A DNA stretch of 64,000 bases from a virus: IMG/VR virus record IMGVR_UViG_3300032180_000001, positions 64,001 through 128,000 of that record, one strand, 5' to 3'. The notes beneath the pieces were generated by a model. The model saw nothing but the letters and a program-made list of their open reading frames with translations. It searched no databases and was not told the DNA's origin. Positions 61,880 to 64,000 of this stretch are shown here, one piece after another. Every line of letters begins with the position of its first letter. Position 1 is the stretch's first letter. Made by a program: the position numbers and the translations under genes.

Positions 61880-62309
61880 CGCCGACGACTGATACCCGCA
61901 CTCCGGCTGCTACAGCAGTTCCTAGCGTACAGTTAATGACATATCCAGCGGGGATGGCAAAATTAAAGGCGATCTCGCTTGTCTGAAGAGCTGCTGCCGC
62001 ATTCGCGGTAGATGCAGGAATAGTCAGCTCTGAGATCAAGACGTTGTTCGCTTGCGTCGCGTTAGTAGACCCATTATTAAGAAAAACACGGAGAACAGTA
62101 GTAACATTCGTACCGACCGGACGGCAGACTAGCTTCTGAATGTACGAGCCATTCGCCCCGGCGGTGAAGACCGAAGTTACATAACCTGTACCATCCATCG
62201 CTGTGTTAGCAGACAGTATCGGTCCTGCGGTTGCCGCCGCATTGTCGTCGACTGAACCCCAGCTGATATGCGGCGTGAGGGTAAACAGGGGGGCGGTGTT
62301 AGCAGGCAT
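61869..62309 (-). CDS. putative virion structural protein
   Basis: MPANTAPLF...VLRVFLNNG...LISELTIP...VSVVGGDY. Confidence 0.65.
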   Translation of the reverse strand: MPANTAPLFTLTPHISWGSVDDNAAATAGPILSANTAMDGTGYVTSVFTAGANGSYIQKLVCRPVGTNVTTVLRVFLNNGSTNATQANNVLISELTIPASTANAAAALQTSEIAFNFAIPAGYVINCTLGTAVAAGVRVSVVGGDY

Positions 62310-62317
62310 CTCGGCTC

Positions 62318-62530
62318 CTACTCGTGATCCCGGTCGTCACCCTGGGCGGTAACGCCTGGCTGGCTGCTCGCTGGGTAGACGCGGGTTAGCTCGGAGCCGT
62401 CCGGGTAGACGCGAGCCGAGTCGGGGTTGCCGTCAGCGGCGAAGTACGAGCCGGTGACCGTCAGGTCGGTGAGGTTCAGGGCGGCAGCAACCGCAGACGC
62501 GAGTCCCGAGGGGAGACTGAGGTTTGCCAT
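62318..62530 (-). CDS. hypothetical protein
   Basis: AGGAG SD before MANLSLPSG. Confidence 0.5.
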   Translation of the reverse strand: MANLSLPSGLASAVAAALNLTDLTVTGSYFAADGNPDSARVYPDGSELTRVYPASSQPGVTAQGDDRDHE

Positions 62531-62660
62531 GTCGTCTCCTGCAGGTCGAGGGAACCTGGCTCCAGGATGGCGCTGGCCGCAGATGGCACTTCTCGTCCAT
62601 CGTACCGTCAACCGGCCCGATCGTACCTCCGCGCTCCCGAAGACTTGCCGAGCTGCACCG

Positions 62661-63128
62661 CTATGCCGCCATCTGAATCGTAAGAATCCCGAGCACATTC
62701 CATGAAATGGCGAATGTTCCGGCTACCGTCGAATACCCGGTGCCGCCGAAATAAATGCCGCAGATTTTAGCCTTCGGACTAAGACCATTAGCATATATAT
62801 AGCAGCCATAGGCAGGGGCGGTTGTAGTGGTGCTCCCGACGCTAACATTATTCATTGACCACATAAGTGTTTTACTTGGTGATTGCGTCAGGGTCGGGGC
62901 ATAGGAACCAGTGCTCAGGTTGATGCCGCCCGTCGGCCAATTCGAACCCGCAGTCACCTCATTCCCATTAGTCCAGGTAGACGGATCAGTAGCTGAAATA
63001 TAGTCAGGTGTCTCCGAGTTTGTAGATAGCGACAAATTATTGTTTGTATCGAGAAGACTCATCGCGATGACTTGCTTAAGGGTATCTCTAAAAGTGGCGT
63101 AAAAGATACCACTCTCCGTCCAGGCCAT
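62661..63128 (-). CDS. putative virion structural protein
   Basis: GGAGG SD; MAWTESG...NEVTAGSNWPTGG...GTFAISWNVLGILTI. Confidence 0.7.
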   Translation of the reverse strand: MAWTESGIFYATFRDTLKQVIAMSLLDTNNNLSLSTNSETPDYISATDPSTWTNGNEVTAGSNWPTGGINLSTGSYAPTLTQSPSKTLMWSMNNVSVGSTTTTAPAYGCYIYANGLSPKAKICGIYFGGTGYSTVAGTFAISWNVLGILTIQMAA

Positions 63129-63129
63129 A

Positions 63130-63384
63130 TCACCCTCCGTTACTCGGTAGCACGCCCGCTGCCACGCCCTGCGCGGCCCGGACCGGTGCCAGCTCGTCAG
63201 CGAGAGCCTGCGCAGCGGTGTGATCTCCGTCTGCCATCGCCTCCGCGTACAGAGCGACCAGCTCATTCAGCGGACGGGATGCGCCCAGGTGCCCGACTGC
63301 GGCCTTGCGCAGCACGGCAGGGTCAGCGTCTGGCTGATGCTCGCGCAGCGCCTTATCAAAAATCGCCTGGCTCTGCCAGCTCAT
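63130..63384 (-). CDS. hypothetical protein
   Basis: ATGA overlap. Confidence 0.6.
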   Translation of the reverse strand: MSWQSQAIFDKALREHQPDADPAVLRKAAVGHLGASRPLNELVALYAEAMADGDHTAAQALADELAPVRAAQGVAAGVLPSNGG

Positions 63385-63626
63385 ATCAGCCCCGTCTTCG
63401 TCTCGATAGTCTGGGGATGGATGTTCACATCTTGCCGACAGGAAACTCCTGAGCCGGGATTACTATGTTCGGTTACCATGTTTCCAAGCGTGTCAGTAGT
63501 TTCCTTGAAAGGCAGGTGCGACTCGGGGTGCTCACGGCCTGATTTTTCTGTTACCCGTGTTCGTCCATGGGACAGATGACCGATTGACTTCATCCGGTCC
63601 AGCTGCTTACGCCACTCATCCGTCAT
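63381..63626 (-). CDS. hypothetical protein
   Basis: GGAGAGG SD before MTDEWRKQ. Confidence 0.55.
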   Translation of the reverse strand: MTDEWRKQLDRMKSIGHLSHGRTRVTEKSGREHPESHLPFKETTDTLGNMVTEHSNPGSGVSCRQDVNIHPQTIETKTGLI

Positions 63627-63649
63627 CGCGATGTCCTCTCCAACTGCTC

Positions 63650-64000
63650 TCAGGGTACCGTCCACACAGCGTTAGAATTATCCGGTACGCCAATTACGCC
63701 AGGTGCGTTCGTCCAGGCTCCCTCCCCCGCAGTCACCGGCAGGTCTTCAGCCGTGGCCCAGCTGAGCGATGTCACGTCGGTGATGACTGGGAACGCCGGC
63801 ACGACGGCAAGAGTAGCCGGGTGCACGGTGGCGTTCGCATCGGCCACGACCGCCGGTACCGGGATCACCGCAGAGACGCTCAGCGCACTCGCGAAGATAT
63901 GCGCGGCCTCGAACCCGGCAGTAGCGGCCGGTAGCGCTGAGGCAACGGCAAGCGTACTCGGAGCGACCGACGCGTTCACGATCCCGCTAGCCGATGGTGC
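63650..64000 (-). CDS. C-terminal part of an Ala/Val-rich structural protein (partial)
   Basis: The reading frame stays open to the right end of the window. Confidence 0.5.
   Translation of the reverse strand, partial: APSASGIVNASVAPSTLAVASALPAATAGFEAAHIFASALSVSAVIPVPAVVADANATVHPATLAVVPAFPVITDVTSLSWATAEDLPVTAGEGAWTNAPGVIGVPDNSNAVWTVP

Noticed and set aside
1-64000. tRNA, rRNA, integrase, terminase or major capsid genes
   Set aside because: No cloverleaf/T-loop signature, rRNA-like segment or such protein motifs were seen; the head genes presumably lie beyond the right end.

Overview
This is a 64 kb segment of a large, GC-rich tailed-phage (siphovirus-type) or prophage genome, most likely infecting an actinobacterium. 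The host call rests on Lsr2-like, DUF1876-like and Rpf-like genes and on many leaderless promoters. The left ~15 kb holds small early/accessory genes: a partial Cas4/RecB-type exonuclease, a tandem zinc-ribbon gene array, HNH-AP2 nucleases, macro-like, Lsr2-like and XRE proteins, and a secreted GH16. From ~15 kb to the right end runs a minus-strand virion and lysis region: holin, cysteine peptidase, glycine-rich tail proteins, a 5176-aa tape measure protein, tail assembly chaperones, tail tube, tail terminator, head-tail adaptor and decoration proteins. About 10 kb of accessory DNA interrupts it between the tail terminator and tail tube genes. Notable features: (1) a canonical 305-nt group I intron in the tail tube gene; (2) five free-standing HNH genes, each between two recoded copies of a neighbouring gene's terminus; (3) ADP-ribosyltransferase-like domains inside the tape measure protein, bracketed by 32-bp direct repeats; (4) five translationally coupled zinc-ribbon genes sharing a 15-bp junction; (5) a promoter-led cassette of stand-alone PAS and membrane-sensor domains with no output domain. 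No CRISPR array, tRNA, rRNA or integrase was seen. All family assignments come from motif recognition by eye, not from database searches.
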